A stretch of DNA of 53,985 bases from a virus (Duplodnaviria > Caudoviricetes), in the IMG/VR virus record IMGVR_UViG_3300010370_000051, positions 1 through 53,985 of that record, one strand, 5' to 3'. Positions 46,040-53,985 of the stretch are shown piece by piece. Both the position numbers and the translations under genes were made by a program. Positions within the stretch are counted from its first letter, which is position 1. Each line of letters begins with the position of its first letter. The notes under the pieces were generated by a model, which searched no databases, was not told where the DNA came from, and saw nothing but the letters and a program-made list of their open reading frames with translations.

Positions 46040-48112
46040 ATGGCAATATCATCTGGAATTTCAATCAAAACAATATCAGACTCTGTTTCAAGAACAAGAG
46101 GTGTAGCATCGCAAACTGGTAAAACCACAATTAAAATTTCTAATTTTTTAAACAAAAATATAAGTACTAAAAGAAATTTATTTTCTGATATTAAGACTTT
46201 AAAAAATAGAAGAATTGAAAGAGAAAAGAGAAATGTTCTAATTGATAGAATGTCGGCACCTATTCTTGCAGTTAGACCAAAAGGTGCTAGAGCATTATCT
46301 GCTTCTGATTCCGGTACAAGTGTTGTAAACCGTCTTCTTGGATTTCTTGGTTACTTAACTGCAGGATGGGCATTATCAAACTTACCCACTTGGATTGGAT
46401 TAGGTGAACAATTTATAACTAGAATTACAGAGGCAACGTCTATTTTAAGTGGATATGGCGATGAATTGATGAGAGTAATGTCTAATGTTGGTAATGTTTT
46501 TACATCAGCTTTACAAAATATATCTACATTTGATTTTTCTGATAGTTCATTTCTTATCAGAAGCTCATTACAAGATTTAAAACTTTCTATTGATACTCTA
46601 GGTGATGGTATTAATCAAGCATTCCAGGTTTTAATTCAACCATTTGAAGCCATTGAAAAAATTCCTGATGCTTACAAACAACTTCCTTCAATAATACCAG
46701 GATTAGACAAACCAGAAGAACCAAGTCCTTCTGGAGGTGGTAATAATCAAGCTAGATCTTCTGTTGGGTCAAAAGAACAAAGAGCTGCATTGGATGCAAT
46801 TTCTTTCGCTGAAGGGACCAGTGGCAAAAATGGATATAGCACTTGGGCTGGATATCAAAAACATGGTCCTGATGATCTCACTGGTTTAACTATTAGACAA
46901 ATACATGATTTGCAAACTAGTTTTATTCGATCTGGTAAAGTTAAAAAAACTGGATCTGCGGTTGTAGGAAGATATCAGTTCTTGACTCCATATAATCAAG
47001 CAAAAGCGGCTGGATTAAATCCGGAAACTGATAAATTTAGTCCTGCTAATCAAGATAAAATGGCAATTCATATTATGAATCAATATGGTATTAGTGATAA
47101 TTTATTAAAAAAGGAGGGAATAAGTGCAAAAGTTTCTGCAATGCTTGGTCAACAATGGGCATCTTTTCCTGGTTCTCCATTTGGACAACCAACAAAACCT
47201 CTTAAATCTATCCAACAAGCATATCAAAAATCTTTAGATTCACAACGAGTAACATCAACTCCATCACCTGCAAATACCTTAGCAAATCTTGGATCTCCTG
47301 CCGCAGCAATTCAAAGTTTCTTTACAGGTCAAAAACCTGCAGCAACACCAGCAGGTCAAAGAAGATTAGCAGTAGGTGATGTATTCACAAAATCACTTGG
47401 AAAAGGTGTTGATTACATTGAAGTTACAAGTCTTGTTGGAGACGGTAGAGGTCACGGAGGAATTGACATTGCAGCACCATCTGGAACTTATATTTCTTTA
47501 AGAGCGGACTGTGAAGTTGTAGCACAAGGACGATATGGTGATTATGGAATATTAATCGATGTTTGGATTGCAAGTTTAGGGATTCAATTAAGAATGGCGC
47601 ACTTGAGTTCTGTATTAATTAAATCCGGTAAGATACCTGCAGGAACTTCTTTTGCTAGAGTTGGAGCAACCGGAAGAGTTAGTGGACCACATATTCACCT
47701 TGAATATGATACTAAAAAGGGAACTCGTGGTGGAGGTGCAGTCAATGATGATCCAAATTATGCTGCTAAATTAGATCAATATGTTAGATTGTTATATCTT
47801 ACAAGTAAACCAGTTGGTCGTGCATTTTCTGGAACTACCCCATTAGTCCCAGGAGCACCATCTCTTCCTACTCAACAATCACCAGACGTTGATATACAAT
47901 CAACAACTGCACTAGAAGCATTGCTTGATAGTCTGTCTCAAGAAAGAGAGGGTAGAAAAATTGTTGTAGTCGATGATAGACAACCATCTAATAGTACGAT
48001 GATGATTCCTTCTGGCAATAGTGATATAGTAAGTGACATAGGAATTGACCAATCTTCTATATTAAATACCTTTATCAAAAACAGATTTCTCTTAGATTTA
48101 AGTTACGTCTAA
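46040..48112 (+). CDS. Tail-associated protein with lysozyme-like and M23 peptidase domains
   Basis: LDAISFAEGT...AVVGRYQF...QDKMA...WASFP; HGGIDIA...AHL...GPHIHLE. Confidence 0.85.
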   Translation: MAISSGISIKTISDSVSRTRGVASQTGKTTIKISNFLNKNISTKRNLFSDIKTLKNRRIEREKRNVLIDRMSAPILAVRPKGARALSASDSGTSVVNRLLGFLGYLTAGWALSNLPTWIGLGEQFITRITEATSILSGYGDELMRVMSNVGNVFTSALQNISTFDFSDSSFLIRSSLQDLKLSIDTLGDGINQAFQVLIQPFEAIEKIPDAYKQLPSIIPGLDKPEEPSPSGGGNNQARSSVGSKEQRAALDAISFAEGTSGKNGYSTWAGYQKHGPDDLTGLTIRQIHDLQTSFIRSGKVKKTGSAVVGRYQFLTPYNQAKAAGLNPETDKFSPANQDKMAIHIMNQYGISDNLLKKEGISAKVSAMLGQQWASFPGSPFGQPTKPLKSIQQAYQKSLDSQRVTSTPSPANTLANLGSPAAAIQSFFTGQKPAATPAGQRRLAVGDVFTKSLGKGVDYIEVTSLVGDGRGHGGIDIAAPSGTYISLRADCEVVAQGRYGDYGILIDVWIASLGIQLRMAHLSSVLIKSGKIPAGTSFARVGATGRVSGPHIHLEYDTKKGTRGGGAVNDDPNYAAKLDQYVRLLYLTSKPVGRAFSGTTPLVPGAPSLPTQQSPDVDIQSTTALEALLDSLSQEREGRKIVVVDDRQPSNSTMMIPSGNSDIVSDIGIDQSSILNTFIKNRFLLDLSYV

Positions 48113-49458
48113 TGTCAATTACCCAGTCAATATTTGAAGAGATTACAATTGAATCCGCAGATAGACGGAGAGTAGTAGATATTACCTCTGGATCTGTGAT
48201 GATTGATTATTATGAGGATGTCTTTTCTCCCACAATCACTGCAAAGATAAGAGTAGTCAATACTGGTGGTACAATTGCTCCACCAGATAGTAAAGATACA
48301 CAAAAACAATCACTTTATGATGGTCTTCCCATAAGAGGTGGAGAAAGAGTTTCGATAAAAATTGCTCCAAATTCAAAAACCAATCCTGGATTAGATTTTT
48401 CTACAGATCCAAAAAAATATTTGTATGTTTCAAGTATTACTGATGTTATTTCAGAAAATAACAGAGAAAGTTTTACCTTACACTTGGTTTCAAGAGAAGC
48501 GATTACAAATGAAACTAGTCGTGTAATGAAAAAATATTCACCATCATTATCAATCGATCGATCTGTTAATTTAATTTTGAACGATGTTTTGAAAGCAAAT
48601 GTGATTGGTACAATTGATAGAACTTCAAATCGTTATGGTTTTATTGGTAATATGAGAAAACCATTCACAGTTTTAACTTGGTTGGCATCCAAATCTGTAC
48701 CATATGACTCCGGAAGTGGGAGCACTAGTGCAGGGTTTTTCTTCTATCAAACACAAGATGGATTTCAGTTTCGTGCTATTGATAATTTAAGTGATAAAGA
48801 AAAAAACAAACCAAAAGCAGTTTACATCTATAGTGAAGCAACTGAGGCATATGATGCTGAAAATAAGAGACAAAATAACAATTTCAAAATTCTAAGTTAC
48901 AAGACAGAAAAAAATCAAAATTTAATTGAAAAACTAAGACTGGGAACATATGCAAGTACCAGAATGTTCTTTAATCCATCAACTCATACATTTTCAAATC
49001 CTCAACAAGGAGTTTATAAATCAAGCAATTATCAAGGAAAAACAAAAACATTAGGTAAAGAGAAAAAAATAAGTCTTCCAACAGTATCTCAAGGATCTAG
49101 TCAAACTTTAGCAGATATTCCTTCGAGAATTATCACAGCAGTTTATGATATAGGAACTCTAGACCCAGGAGTAAGCACACAAATTAACTCAAATCAAATG
49201 GAGTATCAATCGCAATCTTTGTTGCGATATAATACTTTGTTTACTCAAACTCTAAGTTTGATGGTGCCATCAAATACAAACTTAAGAGCAGGTGATATTA
49301 TTGAGTGCCAATTTCCAAAGATTACAAGAGGTGATGCAAGAGAATATGATGACACTCAAAAAGGTGGTCTATATATGATTAAAGAAGTATGTCATCACTT
49401 TGATACAAGAAACTCTTACACATCACTTAAATTAATCAGAGACACATTCGGAAGTTAA
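48112..49458 (+). CDS. Putative baseplate hub protein
   Basis: YYEDVFSP, LPIRGGE, FFFYQT.DGF.F, L.AGD.I, GLYMI..VCH. Confidence 0.7.
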   Translation: MSITQSIFEEITIESADRRRVVDITSGSVMIDYYEDVFSPTITAKIRVVNTGGTIAPPDSKDTQKQSLYDGLPIRGGERVSIKIAPNSKTNPGLDFSTDPKKYLYVSSITDVISENNRESFTLHLVSREAITNETSRVMKKYSPSLSIDRSVNLILNDVLKANVIGTIDRTSNRYGFIGNMRKPFTVLTWLASKSVPYDSGSGSTSAGFFFYQTQDGFQFRAIDNLSDKEKNKPKAVYIYSEATEAYDAENKRQNNNFKILSYKTEKNQNLIEKLRLGTYASTRMFFNPSTHTFSNPQQGVYKSSNYQGKTKTLGKEKKISLPTVSQGSSQTLADIPSRIITAVYDIGTLDPGVSTQINSNQMEYQSQSLLRYNTLFTQTLSLMVPSNTNLRAGDIIECQFPKITRGDAREYDDTQKGGLYMIKEVCHHFDTRNSYTSLKLIRDTFGS

Positions 49459-49465
49459 AAATAAA

Positions 49466-51535
49466 ATGTTCGATCAATCTTTACTTCAGAGCAATTTTAT
49501 AGGAAGAGATGGATTCCGTTGGTGGATAGGGCAGGTTCCCCCATTATCAAAAAGAGATGAGGGTCTTAAAAAACAAGTTTCTGAAGGAAAAGGATGGGGA
49601 TATAGACATAAAGTTAGAATTATTGGTTATCATCCTTATAGTGAGGCAGATCTTTCTAATGAGGAATTGCCTTGGGCACAAGTAATGTTGCCCACAACAG
49701 CAGGAACAGGAGCACAAAATTATGCAGTTAATCCAAAGATAAGTCCTGGTGATGTTGTTATTGGATTTTTTCTAGATGGTGATAATGCTCAAGTTCCAAT
49801 TATTATGGGAGCATTGGGCAATACCTCTCAAATCACAACACTCTCTCAAGGGTACGCTTCTCCATTTATTCCATTTACTGGATACACTGATAATATTAAA
49901 AAACCAAATGGGAGATTAATACCAGACCAAACAAGTGAATCCAACATTAATTCAAATCCATCTCCAGTAATAAAACCCTCAGATAAGACAACACAAAATC
50001 AAGTTTCAGCTTCACCACATATACTTGGAAGAGAAGTTACATTTGCTGATACTTGTGAAGATACATCGATTAAAACAATCAAGTCTGAAATTAATAACCT
50101 TTTGAAAGATATTCAAGATGCAAAAAATAAAGTAAGTGAATATAAACAAAAAGCAGATGCTGTTGTAGATATTATTGTAGCAAGTATTGAATGGCAAGTT
50201 GGTCAGATGATAGATGGTTTGTTTATTTTTTTATGTGGTGATGATACTGCAACTCCACCAAAACCTGGATTAATCACAGAAGGTTTAGATAAATTATATA
50301 AAACTGTATTTGGGTCAACATTAGCAGCAACTGGAAATCCTGGTATAGCACATCAAGCTGGTGTTGCTGCTGTTGAACCTTTTGTTCCTGCTGTTAAGAC
50401 TTTAGAAGAAGCAATTTCCTGTGTCACCGCACAGGTAATTAATGGTCTTAAGGCATTAGTTAAAGCTTTGCTTCGATCTTTACTCGATAATGTTAAAAAC
50501 TTCGTATCTTGTGCTGCAGAACAATTTGTTGGTGCTCTTTTAAATTCTGTTGTTGATGCAATTGCCACTGGTCTTTCTAGTGCTTTAGATGGTGTTGCAA
50601 GTATTTTAGGAACAGCGTTAGACGTTGCTGATTTCCTTCGTAGTACAAATGATTTGATTAAATCAATTGGTGGTCTTTTTGATTGTAATCAAAATCAAAA
50701 CAAGTGTTCAGGTCTTGTAAAAGAATATGTAATTGGACAAGGTCCAAAATCTAGTATTAATGCAATATCTTCATTTGAAAATATTTACAATAATGTCAAT
50801 AATATGGTTGAACAAGCTGGAAATATCGCTGGTCAAGTTCAAGGTTATATTGGAAGTTTTGAAAATATTACTCAAACTCTAGATATTTTTAATCCAGAAC
50901 AAGCACTTCAAAGTGCTTTAAGTGGATTAGAAGGTTGTTATGCAGGTTTTCCAACATCTTGTGGACCACCAGTCGTAAATATATTTGGAGGCGGTGGTAG
51001 TGGTGCTACAGCGGTTCCTATTTTTGGTTCAATTGTTAATAATCGATTAATTAACAATGTTAATCGAACGGCTAGTATTATTGGTACAACTGTTACAAAT
51101 GGTGGTTCTGGTTATACATTCCCACCATTTGTAGAATTTGTCGATAACTGTGGACTGGGATATGGGGCAATCGGTCGTGCTTTGATTAATGATCAAGGAC
51201 AAGTTACTTCAATTTATATGGTTTCGCCAGGAGAAAATTATCCTGTTGGTGAAGTAAATTCTAATACAGTAACAGATGTTTATGTTGATTCCCCTGGATA
51301 TGATTATTCGAATGGAGACACTGCTACAGATAATTTTGGAAATGAATATGCCTTATCAATTGATAATGGTGCCATCATTTCTGCGACACCAATAAATAGA
51401 ATTGAGGTCACTGATGAAGTGACAATCAATATTAATTCAGAAACTGGTACCGGTGCGATTTTAAAACCGATCCTAGGTCTCACATCAAATGTTCCAGAAG
51501 GAAAAATTCAAAAACAAGTAGATTGTATCATATAA
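49466..51535 (+). CDS. gp5: Baseplate hub/spike gp5-like (OB-fold N-terminus)
   Basis: GFRWWIGQV, KVRIIGYH, LPWA, VIGFFLDG..AQ.P.IMG. Confidence 0.85.
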   Translation: MFDQSLLQSNFIGRDGFRWWIGQVPPLSKRDEGLKKQVSEGKGWGYRHKVRIIGYHPYSEADLSNEELPWAQVMLPTTAGTGAQNYAVNPKISPGDVVIGFFLDGDNAQVPIIMGALGNTSQITTLSQGYASPFIPFTGYTDNIKKPNGRLIPDQTSESNINSNPSPVIKPSDKTTQNQVSASPHILGREVTFADTCEDTSIKTIKSEINNLLKDIQDAKNKVSEYKQKADAVVDIIVASIEWQVGQMIDGLFIFLCGDDTATPPKPGLITEGLDKLYKTVFGSTLAATGNPGIAHQAGVAAVEPFVPAVKTLEEAISCVTAQVINGLKALVKALLRSLLDNVKNFVSCAAEQFVGALLNSVVDAIATGLSSALDGVASILGTALDVADFLRSTNDLIKSIGGLFDCNQNQNKCSGLVKEYVIGQGPKSSINAISSFENIYNNVNNMVEQAGNIAGQVQGYIGSFENITQTLDIFNPEQALQSALSGLEGCYAGFPTSCGPPVVNIFGGGGSGATAVPIFGSIVNNRLINNVNRTASIIGTTVTNGGSGYTFPPFVEFVDNCGLGYGAIGRALINDQGQVTSIYMVSPGENYPVGEVNSNTVTDVYVDSPGYDYSNGDTATDNFGNEYALSIDNGAIISATPINRIEVTDEVTININSETGTGAILKPILGLTSNVPEGKIQKQVDCII

Positions 51536-51536
51536 A

Positions 51537-52082
51537 ATGGCAGTAAATTACGAAGCTAGAGATATTTTCAGTCTAGGACCAAAATTCAGAATTACAACAA
51601 ATGATTTTCAAGTTGGTTCTGATGGAAAATCAGTATATTCACTGTATTCGTATAATGATGGTAATGATGTTAATTTAATGTCATTTAGTGAAAGTGGTGC
51701 GTTTAGAATATTAAACGATCGAACGATTGAAATTGTTGCTGGAGGAAAGTCTTCTGGTAAAAGTGTAGATATTGTAATTGTTGGAAGAAATGGAGATGTT
51801 ACAATCACTGCCCAAAGTAATGGTGCTGTCCGTATCAAGGGCAAGAGTGTGATGATTGAAGCAGTAGAAGACTTAGATTTAAAAGCAGGAAGAAATATTA
51901 CGGCATCTTGTGGATCTGGAAGAATATTAATGAAGGCAAATAAAATCGATCAAAAAGCATTAACAGGAAATGCAATAGAAAATACCTTTGGTGTTCGCTG
52001 TTTTTCTAAAGTTCCCGTTGGAGCAGAATATATTAGAGATGTGTTCATTGGTAATACAGATGTCACTATAGGTATAGCATAA
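51537..52082 (+). CDS. Spike beta-helix-like protein
   Basis: Repeating beta strands (VTITA, VRIKG, LDLKAGRNI); follows gp5. Confidence 0.6.
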   Translation: MAVNYEARDIFSLGPKFRITTNDFQVGSDGKSVYSLYSYNDGNDVNLMSFSESGAFRILNDRTIEIVAGGKSSGKSVDIVIVGRNGDVTITAQSNGAVRIKGKSVMIEAVEDLDLKAGRNITASCGSGRILMKANKIDQKALTGNAIENTFGVRCFSKVPVGAEYIRDVFIGNTDVTIGIA

Positions 52083-52765
52083 TGTCTGTCATTAATCTAT
52101 TCAACTTTTTAAGTTCTACAATTAATCAAAGACCTACAATTGGGTCTATCAAATATTATCACGATAATACAGTTTTTAATCAATCTGTGTTGACAGCAGG
52201 TGAACATATAGTTTGTGGGGACTCTCTAACACTTGGGGAAAAGGGAATTTGTGGCAACTTGTTTATGCTCAAAAATCCACTTGATAAAAAACCATATTTA
52301 CCTAATATTATTGGAACTGGTGGAAAAATTATAAACTTTTCTGGTGCTTATCTTTTTGGCGGTATCAGTTTTACAACTAGACACTTAATTGTCGCTGGTA
52401 CAACAAATCTAATTGGGAAAATTTTTGTCAATGGAAAAAATCTTGATGCAGAACTTGCACTCGGAAAAGCATTACCATCGTCTGACGAAAGACTGAAAGA
52501 AAATATACATACAATTCAAGATCCTTTAAAGAAAGTATCTGCTCTTCGTGGTGTAACTTTTGATTTTAAAAAAAGTAAGCAAAAACAAATTGGTGTTATT
52601 GCTCAAGAAGTTGAACAGATCATTCCAGAAGTTGTCGGAGAAAATCCAGATGGTTACAAAGGTGTTCAATATGGAAACTTGGTCGGTCTTTTAATTGAAG
52701 CAATTAAAGAACAACAAAAACAAATTGAAGAATTAAAGGAGAAAATAAATGAGATTTCTAAATGA
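52082..52765 (+). CDS. Protein with C-terminal intramolecular chaperone (peptidase S74) domain
   Basis: SDERLKENI...LRGVTF...GVIAQEVE...LIEAIKEQQ. Confidence 0.88.
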   Translation: MSVINLFNFLSSTINQRPTIGSIKYYHDNTVFNQSVLTAGEHIVCGDSLTLGEKGICGNLFMLKNPLDKKPYLPNIIGTGGKIINFSGAYLFGGISFTTRHLIVAGTTNLIGKIFVNGKNLDAELALGKALPSSDERLKENIHTIQDPLKKVSALRGVTFDFKKSKQKQIGVIAQEVEQIIPEVVGENPDGYKGVQYGNLVGLLIEAIKEQQKQIEELKEKINEISK

Positions 52766-53441
52766 TATTCTAGAACAAAAAGTAGTTTCAAATAACAGTG
52801 CAATAGAAACTTTAAATGATAACAAAGTTGAAACTCAAGAAGTTATTGACTTATTCACATCTCCTTGTACAAATGTAGATACAAGAATAGTTTCGATCAC
52901 TGCACAGATCAATACTCTTAAGCAGGAGATTGTTACTTTATCCACCAATGCATATGCCGTAGGTTGTGGAACCACAGCGGGTGTAACAACAATATATCCT
53001 GATGTGGTAAGAGTTTATAGTGAAAATGTTTCTAATTCTACTTATGACGGTGACAGTCCTTTTAGTACATCAAATACTACTTTAAGTTCTTCTAACGTTG
53101 GTCTTGGGACATATTTGGTTTATACTGCAAGTGATAGTTCTCAAACAGGAATAGGAAGTTTATATGGAGATTTATCATCTTGCTATAGAAATCTAATCAT
53201 ACCTCCTTTGTGTAATACATCAGTGTGCGTATCACACGCTTCATCAATTACTTCAAAGCAAAGTCAGATTGTATCATTGCAAAGTCAATTATCAGATTTG
53301 GTAACAAGTTCAAATCAAATCAAAACTGAGAGACGAGAATATGAAATTGAAAGATATGCTCATAACTCTACAGTTCGTGTTTTGGGAGAAGAAAACACTA
53401 GATTGTATGGATCAATTCAAACAATCAGAAATTATCCTTAA
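52749..53441 (+). CDS. Hypothetical coiled-coil protein
   Basis: 230-aa ORF in operon. Confidence 0.75.
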   Translation: MRFLNDILEQKVVSNNSAIETLNDNKVETQEVIDLFTSPCTNVDTRIVSITAQINTLKQEIVTLSTNAYAVGCGTTAGVTTIYPDVVRVYSENVSNSTYDGDSPFSTSNTTLSSSNVGLGTYLVYTASDSSQTGIGSLYGDLSSCYRNLIIPPLCNTSVCVSHASSITSKQSQIVSLQSQLSDLVTSSNQIKTERREYEIERYAHNSTVRVLGEENTRLYGSIQTIRNYP

Positions 53442-53447
53442 GACCCC

Positions 53448-53476
53448 TTGACGCCAGGCGCTCTACGCCCTATAAT
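53448..53476 (+). promoter_or_regulatory. sigma70 early promoter
   Basis: TTGACG-17 nt-TATAAT. Confidence 0.85.
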
Positions 53477-53502
53477 ATGGGGGTAATCAACGAAACGCCC
53501 CA

Positions 53503-53703
53503 ATGAGCACCGCACAAGAGACTGTCCAAGGTATTGTGATTGATGTCTGCACCCGTACCTTTCTGCTTCTCAGCGACCAAGGCAGTGAGCGCCTGGTAGA
53601 GTGTGATACTGTCGAAGAATTTATGAATGTGTTGGAAGTTGTGACTGCACAACTGGACCCCGAGCAAATCGAGTATGCTGACCTTGCAGTTCGTGGCGAG
53701 TGA
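53503..53703 (+). CDS. Cyanophage hypothetical protein
   Basis: 66-aa ORF after promoter. Confidence 0.8.
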   Translation: MSTAQETVQGIVIDVCTRTFLLLSDQGSERLVECDTVEEFMNVLEVVTAQLDPEQIEYADLAVRGE

Positions 53704-53734
53704 TGCTATAATATAAATATCGACAACGAAACGA

Positions 53735-53905
53735 ATGGAAGTTTTCACAGTGGAAGAGTTTCAAGAGAGATTTGATGAACTGATGGAGCGTGTTGAAAAC
53801 GGAGAGCATTTAGGTATAATTAACGAAAATGGGCAGGCAGCAGTTATGATGCCTGCGGATGATGACCTCATACGAATACACACAGAGCATAACGAGGCAT
53901 CATAG
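53735..53905 (+). CDS. Phd/YefM antitoxin-like protein
   Basis: Manually translated: MEVFTVEEFQERFDELMERVENGEHLGIINENGQAAVMMP... Confidence 0.7.
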   Translation: MEVFTVEEFQERFDELMERVENGEHLGIINENGQAAVMMPADDDLIRIHTEHNEAS

Positions 53906-53916
53906 TTCATTGTCTA

Positions 53917-53985
53917 GGTTCTGTCGCCTATTGGTTAAGGCCGACACCTTATAAGTGTCTGAACGGAGTTCAATTCTCCGCAGAA
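53917..53985 (+). tRNA. tRNA-Ile(UAU), 3'-truncated
   Basis: Acceptor GGTTCTG/CAGAA.., D stem GCCT/AGGC, anticodon stem GACAC-cttataa-GTGTC, T stem CGGAG-ttcaatt-CTCCG. Confidence 0.92.

Noticed and set aside
23552-53809. Many short antisense or alternative-frame ORFs in the track (e.g. 23552-24094, 33094-33621, 45264-45671)
   Set aside because: Shadow ORFs of well-supported genes with no motifs or RBS

Overview
A 54-kb segment of an AT-rich T4-like cyanomyovirus genome, probably infecting a freshwater picocyanobacterium (inference). In order it holds: the 3' part of psbD and small ORFs; six large tail-fibre/adhesin-like genes, three of them paralogs built from eight 7-repeat (probable beta-propeller) modules inserted into a glycine-rich scaffold; a glycosyltransferase/methyltransferase/glf cluster; a stand-alone candidate sRNA; and core genes (glutaredoxin, thyX, phoH, exonuclease, gp33, gp59, gp32) interspersed with free-standing homing endonucleases. 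A Mom-like gene, the baseplate module (gp53, gp48, gp4, gp26/gp51, gp5) and a truncated tRNA-Ile(UAU) follow. The most unusual items are: (1) a nitrogen-sensing cassette made of an NtcA box, tandem glutamine-riboswitch-like aptamers that each enclose a whole small ORF in the P2 loop, and a DUF4278 peptide; (2) a covarying structured element upstream of two paralogous Seg-like endonucleases; (3) the plug-in propeller architecture; (4) a probable -1 frameshift joining gp26 and gp51; (5) a phycobiliprotein-like CxRD domain in a structural protein. All family calls come from motif recognition by eye, not database searches.
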